Source: an uncultured Planctomycetaceae bacterium (GTDB lineage Bacteria; Planctomycetota; Planctomycetia; Isosphaerales; Isosphaeraceae). From it: a DNA stretch of 64,000 nucleotides. Position 1 is the stretch's first letter. Each line of letters opens with the position of its first letter. The stretch is taken from assembly GCA_963833985.1 (NCBI GenBank), contig CAWIAD010000002.1, positions 1,760,001 to 1,824,000 on the forward strand. The letters run 5' to 3'. A program made the position numbers and the translations under genes. Positions 30,401-40,689 of the stretch are shown in pieces. Under the pieces are notes generated by a model. It did no database searches and was not told the DNA's origin. It saw nothing but the letters and a program-made list of their open reading frames with translations.

Positions 30401-31168
30401 GGGCCGAAGGAGGCGACACGCACCAAGGTGCTGGAGCACCTCATGATCCGCCGCTACGATGTGCTGCATTTCGCCGGGCACTGCTATTTTGACAGGGACA
30501 ACCCCACGCTCTCCGGCTGGATCTTTCACAAGGCCAAGGACCAGCGGATTTCCGCCTACGAGCTGAACCGCATCGATCGCGTGCCCAGGTTTGTCTTCTC
30601 CAACGCGTGCGAGTCCGGCGTGATGGCGGAATCGTCCAGGCCGTATTCGCCAGCACTGGCACCAAGCTTCGCCGAGGCCTTCTTCCAGCGCGGCGTGTCC
30701 AACTTCGTGTGCACCGCGTGGCCGGTGGACGACAGCGCGGCGCTGGAGTTCGCGCTCTGGGTCTACTGTTACTTGCTCGGCCTGCGGCCGCGCAGTGGCA
30801 AGGGGCCGAAATACATGAACGCTCCACCCGAGCCGATGCACAGCGCAATGCGCCAGGCGCGGCTGCAAATCGCCGGCCAGCCGCACGGCGTTCGGACATG
30901 GGGTGCCTACCAGCACTACGGCAACCCGTACTACCGCTTCTTCGATCCCCAGTCGATGAACGGTTCCACCAGGGTCGTCTCGAACGCGGCGGACTTGAAT
31001 GGACAGTCTGCCAGTGCACCTTCTGCCGATCCGCAGCCGCGCACCGGGGATGTCCCGGCTAGTCCAACTCCGGCCCCCGCCCCCGGTCAGCCTGCCAGGA
31101 ACGCGTCCCCGGCCCAGCCTTCAAGAAATGGACCCGCACGCAAGAAGGTCAAGCCGGTCACGTCCTGA
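27485..31168 (+). CDS. Multidomain protein: alpha/beta-hydrolase (LCAT-like) + M17-N/macro-like domain + CHAT (caspase HetF-like) protease
   Basis: FLPGLCGSEL, YDWR, IVAHGTGG, LGTP, SLYQLLP, GDGLVP, EH (hydrolase); AVGHYLG...IAGMG (M17-N-like); LRVLVVANP, LPGAEREG, VLHFAGH, FSNACESG, WPVDD, WGAYQHYG (CHAT). Start uncertain. Confidence 0.85.
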   Translation: MTSIDTERYLATLERAEALKLAEMLRFPTPDESVLLEQHLGEQRFRRMRKMAQTTMARVEAAGARGHVVFLPGLCGSELTAFSLGGGQEPLWPKVRRLADDGIDRLKVAAEPGAGLEGESLRSTGVLKRYYGAILLHLAARWTVRSFHYDWRMGLDEVAEELFTSLCDPNWLPPGERVHIVAHGTGGLIAWALRARHPELWEPLRRCGRVISLGTPSRGTYAAVQALAGVAGLVKKLAALKGAIDRDGLLKVILSFPSLYQLLPAPSLNAQAEMLYEANTYTDLESVDVEVPQRHLDRGRAFHEGLAALKEVGGFYTILGTGEPTICGIDNIKKLDDLGAYSAGYQGDGLVPLDLARLEWVPEPLRRENSYLVAAEHAGLVSNPEVLAAVDDLLAQGGTDRLAHCTDEQLSPEAAVPGGPHGARRVTRSPGWLGGAADPEKKAWHMVSLRADQDLRRTDKLTRQVRLAADGTPPGPMDRQLEECLLRDLLTPGQVLARSVERSPLPLNHPRVQLSLACLNLAGMDYEAYGARAGLAVDAIAVGHYLGVKPAGKERELDEQISRAILKLGPGQKLAEADLVLSQFAERGILRGELGQPFCLPDPRDPTGRRLIMIAGMGLPGRFGAPELAVLARELCWAAGRLGRQHLVIGSIGARYNSVGPGEAMRAWIRGLKNAITGSSQDENRHIQRLTILWDDPRHIEAAQMAILDEIRELLARQRMEIEFTPYDEAELARHREDGFQRDRDELEEELKRRRESAAGLREIDPPPIRVTLGLEGNSYRFGALTEDASIPERSIPLDPALVQEANALIAAEPDPDHQFCNGEFLSRLLVPEELRVALEGPAPLVMMLDSLTSRIHWEMVVRPDPVDTGGYGYPDADEFEDPFDRKFEYADAFLGTSRGFTRQLRTALAPPPEPPPPLRRLLRVLVVANPAEDAPLPGAEREGHEVADAFEAFNAIYENWCDNRVEVVRLIGPKEATRTKVLEHLMIRRYDVLHFAGHCYFDRDNPTLSGWIFHKAKDQRISAYELNRIDRVPRFVFSNACESGVMAESSRPYSPALAPSFAEAFFQRGVSNFVCTAWPVDDSAALEFALWVYCYLLGLRPRSGKGPKYMNAPPEPMHSAMRQARLQIAGQPHGVRTWGAYQHYGNPYYRFFDPQSMNGSTRVVSNAADLNGQSASAPSADPQPRTGDVPASPTPAPAPGQPARNASPAQPSRNGPARKKVKPVTS

Positions 31169-31220
31169 AGGTCGGCCATCAAGGGCTCGCCAGCTCCTGG
31201 GCAGGCAGGAGGAAAGGCTC

Positions 31221-33050
31221 TCAATAAACCCCGTGTAGTGGACCGCCGGGCGCGGCCAGCGCGTCGACCCGGCGCTCGATGGCCGGGTCATCCACCAGGG
31301 GCGGCGCGTGCTGAGGCTTGATGCGTGCGTCGATCACCAGCGGGCCCCGGCAGCCCCAGTGCTTACGGTCGATGAATGGATCGATCCCCTCGATATCGGC
31401 CGCCGGGTCGGACCGGGTGAACGTCACCCAGAGGAAGTTCCCGATGTTCCGCGCCGTGAAGTCGCTGTCGTCGACAATGACAATGAGCGGAAAGTCGCGC
31501 AAGGAATCATCGCTGTGGCTGTCGCGGCAGAATCGGGCGACGTCTGCTGCGCCCGGGTCGAACTTCGGTCCCTGGACCGCGAGCATGCCCGGCAGCACCA
31601 CGCGCGGCGCCCGGAACCCGTCGGCAAGGCGGGTTCCCGCTCTCATCTCGCAGGGCAGCTCGCGCCGTCTCGGGCCGGCGGCCGCCATGACCACCTTGGA
31701 TCCCTGGTTCAGCCCATGACCCGAGTAATCGAGCGTGTCGATCGTGGTCCGGGTGTGGAAATGCAGGTCGTTCTCCCAGTCAATCCGCTCGAGCCAGTGC
31801 CGCAAGAAGGCCGGGATGTCGTGGATGTCGAGTGCGGGGTCGTCCTCGCCCGCGACGATGAGCAGGTACTTGGCCAGCGAGAGCTGTCCCTGGCCAAGGA
31901 TGGCGCAGGCGATGGTGAGCATTTCCTGAGGCCGGCGGACCGTGGAATACGGCACATACCGTTCACTGGCGATCGCCAGCAGGAGCGGATGCACTCCGGC
32001 GGCGTCCACCGCGTGCACGGCTCGGACGCCCGGGATCACCGTCGGGATGATCGGTCCGGTCAGCTCGTGGATCAGGGCACCGAAGGTGGTGTCCTCCTGG
32101 GGCGGCCTCCCCACCGATGTGAACGGCCAGATGGCACTCGAGCGGTGATAGACCCTCTCCACGCGTAGCACGGGGAACTCGTGGGCCAGGCTGTAATAGC
32201 CCAGGTGGTCGCCGAAAGGGCCTTCCGGCTTGCGGATGTCTGGGTCGATCGTGCCGGTGATCACGAAATCGGCCTCGGCGGGCATGGGGAGCGATCCAGG
32301 AAGCGTCACCATGGCCACCCGGCGTCCGCCCAGAGCGCCGGCAAAGGCCAGCTCCGGCAGTCCCTCGGGCAAGGGCATCACCGCGGCCAGGGTGAGGGCA
32401 GGGGGGCCTCCCACGAACACGCAAGCACGTAAAGGCTGGCCTCGGCGGATGGCGGCCGCGTGGTGTACGCCGATGCCGCGGTGAATCTGGTAATGCAGAC
32501 CAATCTCGCGGTCTGGCTCGTATGCGTTGCCGGCAAGCTGCACGCGATACATCCCCAGATTCGAGCGTGCCAGGCCGGGGTGGTCCGGGTCCTCGGTGTA
32601 CACCTGCGGCAACGTGATGAACGGCCCGCCGTCACCCGGCCACGACTGGATCATCGGCAGGCGGTCGATCGTGGTTTGATTCTGGAGAATCGGCCCGTGC
32701 CGCACATTCCTGGGACGCAGGTGCCATAAGGTTCCCGGCACCCCGCGATAGCGCCAGGGATGTCTCGCGGCCGCGGCGGGATCGACCTTCAGCTCGACGA
32801 GCCGGTGCACGGCCTCGAGCGTGTCGCGGAAGAGGAACCGGGCCCGGTCGATCGTGCCGAACAGGTTGGACACCAGGGGAAATGGCGTCCCCAGGACCCG
32901 CTCAAAGCAAAGGGCTGGCCCGCCCGCCTGGTACACCCTGCGCTGGATGGCCGCGGCCTCGAGGTAAGGATCAATCTCCTGCCTGATGACCACAAGCTGG
33001 CCGGTCTGCTTCAGGTCGTTCACACAGGCTGCCAGCGATCGATAGCCCAT
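31221..33050 (-). CDS. UbiD-family (prFMN-dependent) decarboxylase
   Basis: NLFGT, DGGPFITLP, NLGMYR, EGPFGDHLGYY, GRPPQED. Confidence 0.93.
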   Translation of the reverse strand: MGYRSLAACVNDLKQTGQLVVIRQEIDPYLEAAAIQRRVYQAGGPALCFERVLGTPFPLVSNLFGTIDRARFLFRDTLEAVHRLVELKVDPAAAARHPWRYRGVPGTLWHLRPRNVRHGPILQNQTTIDRLPMIQSWPGDGGPFITLPQVYTEDPDHPGLARSNLGMYRVQLAGNAYEPDREIGLHYQIHRGIGVHHAAAIRRGQPLRACVFVGGPPALTLAAVMPLPEGLPELAFAGALGGRRVAMVTLPGSLPMPAEADFVITGTIDPDIRKPEGPFGDHLGYYSLAHEFPVLRVERVYHRSSAIWPFTSVGRPPQEDTTFGALIHELTGPIIPTVIPGVRAVHAVDAAGVHPLLLAIASERYVPYSTVRRPQEMLTIACAILGQGQLSLAKYLLIVAGEDDPALDIHDIPAFLRHWLERIDWENDLHFHTRTTIDTLDYSGHGLNQGSKVVMAAAGPRRRELPCEMRAGTRLADGFRAPRVVLPGMLAVQGPKFDPGAADVARFCRDSHSDDSLRDFPLIVIVDDSDFTARNIGNFLWVTFTRSDPAADIEGIDPFIDRKHWGCRGPLVIDARIKPQHAPPLVDDPAIERRVDALAAPGGPLHGVY

Positions 33051-33283
33051 CCGGCCGATTCCCCGCAACATCGAAGTAGACGCGAGTCTCCCAGGTGAGC
33101 GTAGTCAGTACGATGGCAGACGCCCAGAGAGGAACCCCGATGCCAGGATGCATTCACGTTCTGGTTCTGTGCGTGGGCTCAAGATCAAGCGTCCGGCGAC
33201 GAATCCCTCCATGTGGTTCCCTGCACGCCGGCGGAGAGATGACGCGGGCCTGCGCGGGGTACGATTTGCAAGGATTCGGTCCC

Positions 33284-33628
33284 ATGGATCCGAGAGCGCC
33301 GCTGGCGATACTTGCTGTTGGCACAATCTTCTATTTGGCTCTGCGCTGGCACTTCGCACGCGCGGCAGCCATCCTCGAGCGCTGGGCCGAGGCAGGTGGG
33401 TTCGTCCTCCTGGAAAAACGGTACTGCCACTTCTTCAAGGGGCCGTTCTTCCTCCGGACGACGGAGCATCAGGCGGTTTACCGGGTGACCGTGCGCGACA
33501 AGGCCGGGCGCGTGTCCAGCGGCTGGGTGGCTTGCGGTTCGTGGTGGTTCGGACTCTACTCCGATCAGGCACAGGTGCGATGGGACGTGGAACCGGAGAC
33601 CGCGGACGCCACGGTCAAGGCCCGCTGA
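33284..33628 (+). CDS. Small membrane-anchored hypothetical protein
   Basis: N-terminal TM followed by 'QAVYRVTVRDKAGRVSSGWVACGSWW'; AAGGA SD. Confidence 0.6.
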   Translation: MDPRAPLAILAVGTIFYLALRWHFARAAAILERWAEAGGFVLLEKRYCHFFKGPFFLRTTEHQAVYRVTVRDKAGRVSSGWVACGSWWFGLYSDQAQVRWDVEPETADATVKAR

Positions 33629-33778
33629 GCGCACGGTCCGGAGTCCTCGACTCACAGAAGCTGTCAGGCGTCTGGAATTGTCGAGCCTGTCCTGGCTCGT
33701 CGCGGCTCAACATGCGGAACCGCACCCCTCGCAAAGAGTACGCCATCGTCTGCATCGCGATTCTCGTGGCCGCCTCGA

Positions 33779-33967
33779 TCAGCGCTCGACGGCCTTCGCG
33801 ACGCTCATCTCGGGAACCTCGAACGCGATCTCCTCGCGGCGGATCGGCACTTCGTCCGGGGCTTCGATGCCAATCCGCACCGCGTTGTTTTCGATCCGCA
33901 CCACCGTGATCCGGACCTTCGTGCCGACCCGGACGCACTCTCCCGGCTTCCTGCCCAGTACCAGCAT
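33779..33967 (-). CDS. csrA: Carbon storage regulator CsrA
   Basis: MLVLGRKPGE...ITVVRIENNAVRIGIEAPDEVPIRREE; GGAGG SD. Confidence 0.93.
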   Translation of the reverse strand: MLVLGRKPGECVRVGTKVRITVVRIENNAVRIGIEAPDEVPIRREEIAFEVPEMSVAKAVER

Positions 33968-34219
33968 GGCTTCCTCCGTTCTGATTGGACGCCCCGTAGC
34001 GCCACGGCCTCTTCATTCACCCGCCATGGTCGAACGGCTGGCGGAAGCAGGTTGGATGCCAAATCGTCCGCGGAATCGACACTTTCGATGAGATCGGACG
34101 GATTGCAACGCCGAACCAACCGGTTTCCGAGGCCGGGACGAGACGCTCCCATCGCCACAACCGTCCCTTGTGTAAAATGGCGAACGCGATTGTAAGGAAT
34201 TCCTTCAGCCACGAAGGTT

Positions 34220-36772
34220 GTGGTGACCGTGAGCCGCTTGATGAGAAGCTTGATGGCATCCAGCCGACCCCATCGCCCGTTGCCGGCACTTCTGCTCACG
34301 CTTGGCGTCATGCTGGGCTGGCTCTGGCCCTTCGGGATCGGCGGCAAGATGCCGGTGGGCGGCGATGTCACGCAGTTCTTCCTCGGCCTGATGGGCTTCC
34401 TCGGAGAATCCCTGGGGCACGGGCGGCTGCCGGTCTGGAACGACCTCTGGGGCTATGGTTTTCCGGGCATCGGCGAGAGCCAGATGGGGGTGTATTACCC
34501 TCCACACCTGCTGCTCTACGGAGCGCTGCGCGTGGAATGGGCCTATGTGGCGAGCCTGGTACTGCATACCCTCTGGGGCGCGCTGGGGGCCTGGTGGGCG
34601 GCGCGGCGGTTCGGCGTCTCGCCGATCGGCTCGAGCCTTGCGGCCCTGGCATTCTCGGCGTCGGGCTTCTTTGTCATTCACATGCCCCATCCCTGGGGCT
34701 ACACGGTCGGTTCCTGGATGCCCTGGGCCTGGGGGCTGGCCTGGTCGCTGCTGAACGAACCGCGCGTCAAGCTTGCACGATCAATCGCCTTTCTGGGCCT
34801 GGCTCTGGTGCTGCAAGTCCTGCCCGGGCATTTCCAGCTCGCGTTCGTGACTCAGTCCGGCATCATGCTGATGCTCTGCTGGTCCGTGATTGAACCGTGG
34901 ATCGTGAGAGCCACGGTGGATCGGAACACCGGGTCGCTCGAGACGGCAGGCCAGAGACGTCGGGCCGTCGTGATCCTGGCCTGCGTGCTCGCGGTCTTCC
35001 CGCTGGCCGCTCTCCAGCTCTGGCCGACCTTGCGGCTGGCCCGCCTCGCCGCGGCCCAGCGCGACTTCGACTACCTCTCCGGGTTCGCGGCCACGCCCTG
35101 GCACCTCGTCAACTATGTCGCGCCATTACTCTTTCACGGTTCCGAGCTGTGGCGGCCGCTCGTCTGGGATCCGCTGCACACGACACCCGAAGAGCAGCTC
35201 GGCTACGTGGGACTGGTACCTTTGTTCCTGGCGATCCTGGTCGTCTGGCACGACGTCCGCCACGACCGCGCGGTGCGGATGCTGGCAATCCTCGCAGTCG
35301 CCACGCTGCTTCTGAGCCTTGGTCCCTACGTTCCTGGCTTCCGGCTGCTCATCATGCTGCCGGGATTCTCATTTTTCCGGGCCCCAGCGCGCTGGAGCCT
35401 GGCCACGGCCCTGGCGCTGGCGATCCTGGCGGGAAAGGGGCTGGATCGCTCGAGATCGTGGCCCCGCACCGGGCGTGCGCTGGGCGCGTTGACCGGGCTG
35501 TCCGCCGTCTGGGTCGCACTGGTGCTGGGAATCATCGAGCTGGCGCTGGCGAGTGCCACGGTGGGAGCTCATCCGTGGCTGTCGGATGCGTTCGAGCGGG
35601 TGTTCCAGACGCGCCCCTGGACGGGCGACGCAGGGTTTGCGGCTGTGGCGGCCGAGGCGCGCAAGCCCGTGGGCGCCGCGAAGACGGCCCGCTCTTTCGC
35701 AGCCACCCGGACGGAGATCTACCACCGCGAACTGGCCGGTACGGCGGGATTGTTCGTGGCCATCGGCCTGGCGTCCTGGTGGACGGCCGCCGGCGCGCGC
35801 CGCCGCCATTTGCCCGCATGCCTCCTGGTTCTGAGTTGTGCCGATCTCTTGCTCCTGGGCCAGCACCGGGTGGTGGCGATCGGGCCGCTACGGCCGCTGG
35901 CGAGCCAGAGCCCCGTGCTCGCGGAACTCGCCCGCGCACTGCGCGGGACGCGGGTCATCAGCGGCTTGCGCAACTTGCCGATGCTCGTGCGACTGGAGCC
36001 GGTCGCGGCTTACCGCACGCTCGACCTCCCCGCGCTGGAGCCGCTCACCAGGCTGGCGCAGGGCTCGCTGGGCGATGGCCGATCCGGCCCCGCCACTCGC
36101 AAGGCCCTGCGCACCGCGGGTGTGGGCGTGCGCGTCCTTGACCCCATGGAAACCGCCATCGAGCGAAATCTCGCCCGGGCAGAGGGCGTCGCGGCAGAAC
36201 CTGAGACGATCGACGATCCGGCCCTGGCCGGCTGGCTGTTCGGCCCGCGCTGGGCCGCGAAGCGCGGGCCCTGGTCGTCGCGATTTCGGGTTCTCCGTCC
36301 TGAGCCGGAGCCGCACCGCGCCTGGCTCCTCCCCTTGACCGCCGTGAGCCGCCCGGACATGCTGGACCACTGGTCCGGCGACCTTGGACCCCTGCTGGAT
36401 CTCTTCGACAAGGCCTTACCGCTTGCGGCCGAGGCGGGCGATCCGGGAGTCCTGGAACTGGCTGTGGACGCTGAGGCGCCGGGATGGATCCTCATCACGC
36501 AACTGGCAGACCCGCAGTGGCAGGCACGCTGGCGCGATCGGGACGGCCAGGGCGAGTTTCCGGCCGACATCGTGCCGAGCTTTCGCATGGGCAAGGGCGA
36601 TGGCGGCTGGCAGCGCGTCCGGATTCCCGGACCCGGGCGCTGGAGCCTGCATTTGCGGTACGTGGCCGATGACGTCGCGGAAGGACTGGCGATCTCGGCC
36701 TTCGCGTGGCTTGCCGGGGGCCTGATCCTCGCCGCGGTTGCAATCCGGGAACGACGAAAGGACAGAGCGTGA
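34220..36772 (+). CDS. Large polytopic membrane protein, YfhO/GT-C-like (start uncertain)
   Basis: GRLPVWNDLWGYGFP...QMGVYYP, GYVG, FRAPARW, DPQWQAR, many TM helices. Confidence 0.75.
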   Translation: MVTVSRLMRSLMASSRPHRPLPALLLTLGVMLGWLWPFGIGGKMPVGGDVTQFFLGLMGFLGESLGHGRLPVWNDLWGYGFPGIGESQMGVYYPPHLLLYGALRVEWAYVASLVLHTLWGALGAWWAARRFGVSPIGSSLAALAFSASGFFVIHMPHPWGYTVGSWMPWAWGLAWSLLNEPRVKLARSIAFLGLALVLQVLPGHFQLAFVTQSGIMLMLCWSVIEPWIVRATVDRNTGSLETAGQRRRAVVILACVLAVFPLAALQLWPTLRLARLAAAQRDFDYLSGFAATPWHLVNYVAPLLFHGSELWRPLVWDPLHTTPEEQLGYVGLVPLFLAILVVWHDVRHDRAVRMLAILAVATLLLSLGPYVPGFRLLIMLPGFSFFRAPARWSLATALALAILAGKGLDRSRSWPRTGRALGALTGLSAVWVALVLGIIELALASATVGAHPWLSDAFERVFQTRPWTGDAGFAAVAAEARKPVGAAKTARSFAATRTEIYHRELAGTAGLFVAIGLASWWTAAGARRRHLPACLLVLSCADLLLLGQHRVVAIGPLRPLASQSPVLAELARALRGTRVISGLRNLPMLVRLEPVAAYRTLDLPALEPLTRLAQGSLGDGRSGPATRKALRTAGVGVRVLDPMETAIERNLARAEGVAAEPETIDDPALAGWLFGPRWAAKRGPWSSRFRVLRPEPEPHRAWLLPLTAVSRPDMLDHWSGDLGPLLDLFDKALPLAAEAGDPGVLELAVDAEAPGWILITQLADPQWQARWRDRDGQGEFPADIVPSFRMGKGDGGWQRVRIPGPGRWSLHLRYVADDVAEGLAISAFAWLAGGLILAAVAIRERRKDRA

Positions 36773-37797
36773 GCGGGCAGGTGGGAGTGGCCATCGTCGG
36801 TGCCTCTGGCTATGCCGCGCGCGAGCTGATCCAGATCTTGCTGCGCCATCCGCGGGTCAAGCTCACCATGGCGACGTCGCGGCAGGATGAGGCCCCGCGG
36901 CTCGACGCGCTGCATCCCAGCCTGGCCCGGCGGATTGACCTGGCGTGCGAGCCCTTCGACGCCGACGGCCTGGCCGAACGCGCCTCGTTCGCCTTCCTGG
37001 CCTTGCCCCATACGGCGAGCCTGGCCGTGGTGCCTGCCCTTCGCGCGCGCCATGTGCGGGTGATTGACCTGAGCGCGGATTATCGCCTGACCGATCCCCA
37101 GGTCTACGCCGACTGGTACGGCCACGAGCATACCGACGTCTCCGGTCTGAAGCATGCGGTGTACGGCTTGCCGGAGCTCTTCCGCGACCAGATCCCGCCG
37201 GCCCCGCTCATCGCCAACCCGGGTTGCTACACCTCCACGAGCATCCTCGCGCTGGCGCCTCTGGTCGCACACGACCTGGTGGAGCGGACCGGGATCGTCA
37301 TCGACGCCAAGAGCGGAGTCTCGGGTGCGGGGCGGTCGCCGAAGTTGAATTTTCACTTTCCCGAATGTAACGAGAGCTTCTCCGCCTACAACGTGGGCCG
37401 CCACCGGCACACGCCCGAGATCGACCAGGTCCTGACCACGATGACCGGCGGGCGCGGCGAGCCTGTGGAGGTGATCTTCACGCCCCACCTGGTGCCCATG
37501 GACCGGGGCATCTTCGCCACCATCTACGCCCGTCCCCGGCAGGCCGCCGTCGAGCACGACCTGCTGGCGCTCTACCGCTCGTTCTACGCCCACAGCCCGT
37601 TCGTCCGGGTCGTCTCCCACTTGCCGGCCACCAAGGATAGCGCCTACACGAACTATTGCGACATCACGCTCCGCGTCGTGCGCGGGCAGATCGTGGTCCT
37701 GGCCTGCCTGGACAACCTGATCAAGGGTGCCGCCGGCGTCGCGGTGCAGAACCTGAACCTCATGCTCGGCTGCCCGGAAGAGACGGCACTCTCCTGA
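36769..37797 (+). CDS. argC: N-acetyl-gamma-glutamyl-phosphate reductase
   Basis: GASGY, FLALPH, IDLSADYRL, IANPGCY, SGVSGAGR, HRHTPEI, DNLIKGAAG; GTGA overlap with the upstream gene. Confidence 0.96.
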   Translation: MSGQVGVAIVGASGYAARELIQILLRHPRVKLTMATSRQDEAPRLDALHPSLARRIDLACEPFDADGLAERASFAFLALPHTASLAVVPALRARHVRVIDLSADYRLTDPQVYADWYGHEHTDVSGLKHAVYGLPELFRDQIPPAPLIANPGCYTSTSILALAPLVAHDLVERTGIVIDAKSGVSGAGRSPKLNFHFPECNESFSAYNVGRHRHTPEIDQVLTTMTGGRGEPVEVIFTPHLVPMDRGIFATIYARPRQAAVEHDLLALYRSFYAHSPFVRVVSHLPATKDSAYTNYCDITLRVVRGQIVVLACLDNLIKGAAGVAVQNLNLMLGCPEETALS

Positions 37798-37853
37798 TGC
37801 ACGGCCACGGCTTCCGCTCATCGACTCCCTCTGGAACCTGGACCCAAGAAACC

Positions 37854-40638
37854 ATGCCAAAAATCATCGGCTTGCTCGTCTGCCTCTTCCCTGCACTCCT
37901 TCCGGCCGCGGAGCCCGAGCCGAAGATGCCCCGGCTGGACATCGAGTCCTACCGCTTGCCCAACGGGCTGAAAGTCGCGCTCCACCGCGACGCCAGCGTG
38001 CCCCGGGTGGTCGTCTGCGTCGCCTACCACGTGGGCTCGAAGAACGAACGCGCGGGCCGCACCGGTTTCGCTCACTTTTTTGAACATATGATGTTCCGAG
38101 GCACGAAGAACGTGCCCAACTATGACATCCCGCTCCAGGAGACCGGTGCGCAGTCCAACGCTTTCACGTCGGAAGACATGACGGTGTACTTCGAGACCGT
38201 CTCCAGCGAGTACCTTGAGCGGGCGCTTTACCTGGAGGCGGAGCGGCTGGCCTTCCTCTCCTCCGCGCTCGACCAGGCCAAGTTCGATACCGAGCGCGAG
38301 GTGGTCAAGAACGAGCGCAGGCAAAGTGTGGACAACGTGCCGTACGGCCTGGTGGAAGAGACGCTGCTGGCCCGGGTGTTTCCGCATGGCCATCCTTACT
38401 CGTGGTCGGTGATCGGCTCGATGAAAGACCTGAACTCCGCGTCGCTCGACGATCTGCGGGCATTCTTCGCCGAGTTCTACCACCCGGCCAACGCGACGCT
38501 CTGCCTGGTGGGCGACTTCGACCCCGCCAGGGCGAAGGAGCAGATCGGCCGTTACTTCGGGCCGCTCGCTGCTGGCCCGCGTCCCGCCCGGGTGGCGGCA
38601 CCGCCAGCGCCGGCGCAAGCCGTCCATGCCGAGCTGGCCGACCAGGTGAAGCTGCCCCGGATCGTCTGGTCGTGGCCCACGGTGGCCGATGATCACCCCG
38701 ACGCGCCTGCGCTGGACCTGCTCTCCACCATCCTCGCTGGCGGCGAGACCTCGCGGCTCTACAAGACCCTCGTACGCGACCTGCGGCTGGCCAAGGACGT
38801 CTCCGCCGACAGCGATACCAAGGAAATCGCCGGACTCTTCAGCCTCGAGGCCACCGCGGCCGAGGGGAAGACCACGGCAGCCATCGAGGCCGAGTTCCAC
38901 AAGGAGATTGCCCGCCTGCGCCGAACCCCCGTCCCAGGCCGAGGTGACGCGGGTGCTCGCACGCATCGAAACGTCCCTCTACACCCGGCTCACCCGGGCG
39001 CTTGGCCGCGCGATCGCCATCAGCTCGGGGTTCGCCCAGAAAGATGATCCCGAATACTACCGCAAGGATTTTGCTCGCTATTTTCGGGTCACTCCGGCGG
39101 ACATCCGGCGCGTCGCCGCAGAGTACCTCACCGCGGATAAGGTGACCTTGCTCGTCCGGCCCGTGAAACCCGGCGAATCCAAGTCCGCACCAGCCCCCGT
39201 CGGCCCCGACCCGGATTCCCATACCAGGACGGCGCTGAGCACCCGCCCCCCGGCGCCCGGGCCCGACTGGTCGAAACTTCCCGGTTCCACGGCGGCGCCC
39301 TCATTTCAGCCTCCGAGCCATGTCCGCAAGGCCCTCTCCAGCGGCCTCGACGTCTGGATTGCTGCCTGGAAGACGCTGCCGGTGGTTCAGGTGTCGCTCA
39401 CGGTGCCGGTCGGCACCGGCGACGACCCCGCTGGCAAGGCCGGACTGGCAAACCTGATGACCCGGTTGCTCGACCAGGGCACCAGCCAGCGCACGGCGAC
39501 CGAGCTGGCCGAGGCGTTCGAGGGGCTTGGCACCCGCCTGCGCATCGGCGCGGACCACGACGAGACTTCGATCGAGCTGAGTCTGCTGGCCCGGAATCTG
39601 GAGCCGACAATGAAGCTCCTGGCCGAGATGCTCACGTCGCCCCGGTTCGATCCCGGCGACTTCGATCGCGAACGGACCCAGCAGATCGCGGGCCTGCTCC
39701 AGGGGCCGGACTCGGCCGGCTGGCTCGCCCGCCGCGCCTTCCCGATTGTGGTGTATGGCGATGCCCACCCCTACGGCAAGCCGGCCGAGGGGTATCCCGA
39801 GGCCGTCAAGAACCTCTCGCTCGAGGACGTCAAGGCCTTCCACCAGCGCGGCTTCGGCGCCAGAGGCGCCCGGCTCATGGTCAGCGGCGACGTGGACCCC
39901 GACGCCGTGGCGCGCATGCTCGAGCAAACCCTGGGCCGCTGGGCCGCGAGCAACGCCGGACCAGGTGACCGGCCGGATTCCCAGGTCAAGCCGGAACCGA
40001 AGGTCATTCACCTGGTGGACAAGCCGGGCGCCGTGCAGAGCATCATCCGCGTGGGCCGGCACTGGGTGGACCGCCGCGACCCGGTCTACATGGCGACCCT
40101 CGTGGGCAACCATCTGGTGGGCGAGGATTTCTTGAGCCGGCTGAACAAGAACCTGCGTGAAGACCACGGCTACACCTACGGCATCCGCTCGGCGTTCGAC
40201 TACCATCGCCACAAGAGCCTCTGGAGCGTTTCCTCAGCCGTCCGCGCCGATGCCACCGTACCGGCGCTCAAGGAGGTCCTCAAGGAACTCGACGCCATTG
40301 CTCAGGCCCGGCCGATCACCGCCGAAGAGCTGGAAACGGCGCACTCCGCCGAATCACGGACGTTCCCCGACGCGTTCGAATCCCCTTCCGGTATCATCTC
40401 GGCCCTCGAGGAGGTCGCCCGGTTCGGCCTGCCCGCCGATTACCTCCAGACCTTCTTGCCCAACCTCGAACGCGTCACCCTGGCCGAAACCCAGAAGGCA
40501 ATGACTGAGGTGGTCGCTCCGCCTGCCCGGTTCATCCTGGTCGTCGGCGAACGCAAGACCATCGAACCGGAGCTGGCGAAGGCCGGATTCACCAGCGTCA
40601 AGGTCATCACCTACGACGGTAAGCCCGTGGACAAATGA
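37854..40638 (+). CDS. M16 family zinc peptidase (pitrilysin/PqqL-like); frameshift near 38925
   Basis: GFAHFFEHMMF (HxxEH), NAFT, EREVVKNE; second half has SRLNKNLREDHGYTYG. Confidence 0.92.
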
Positions 40639-40689
40639 AGAAAAGGTCGCGGCCAGCGCCGCGTGGCAGGCACCGGCGCGCTGTCCGCC

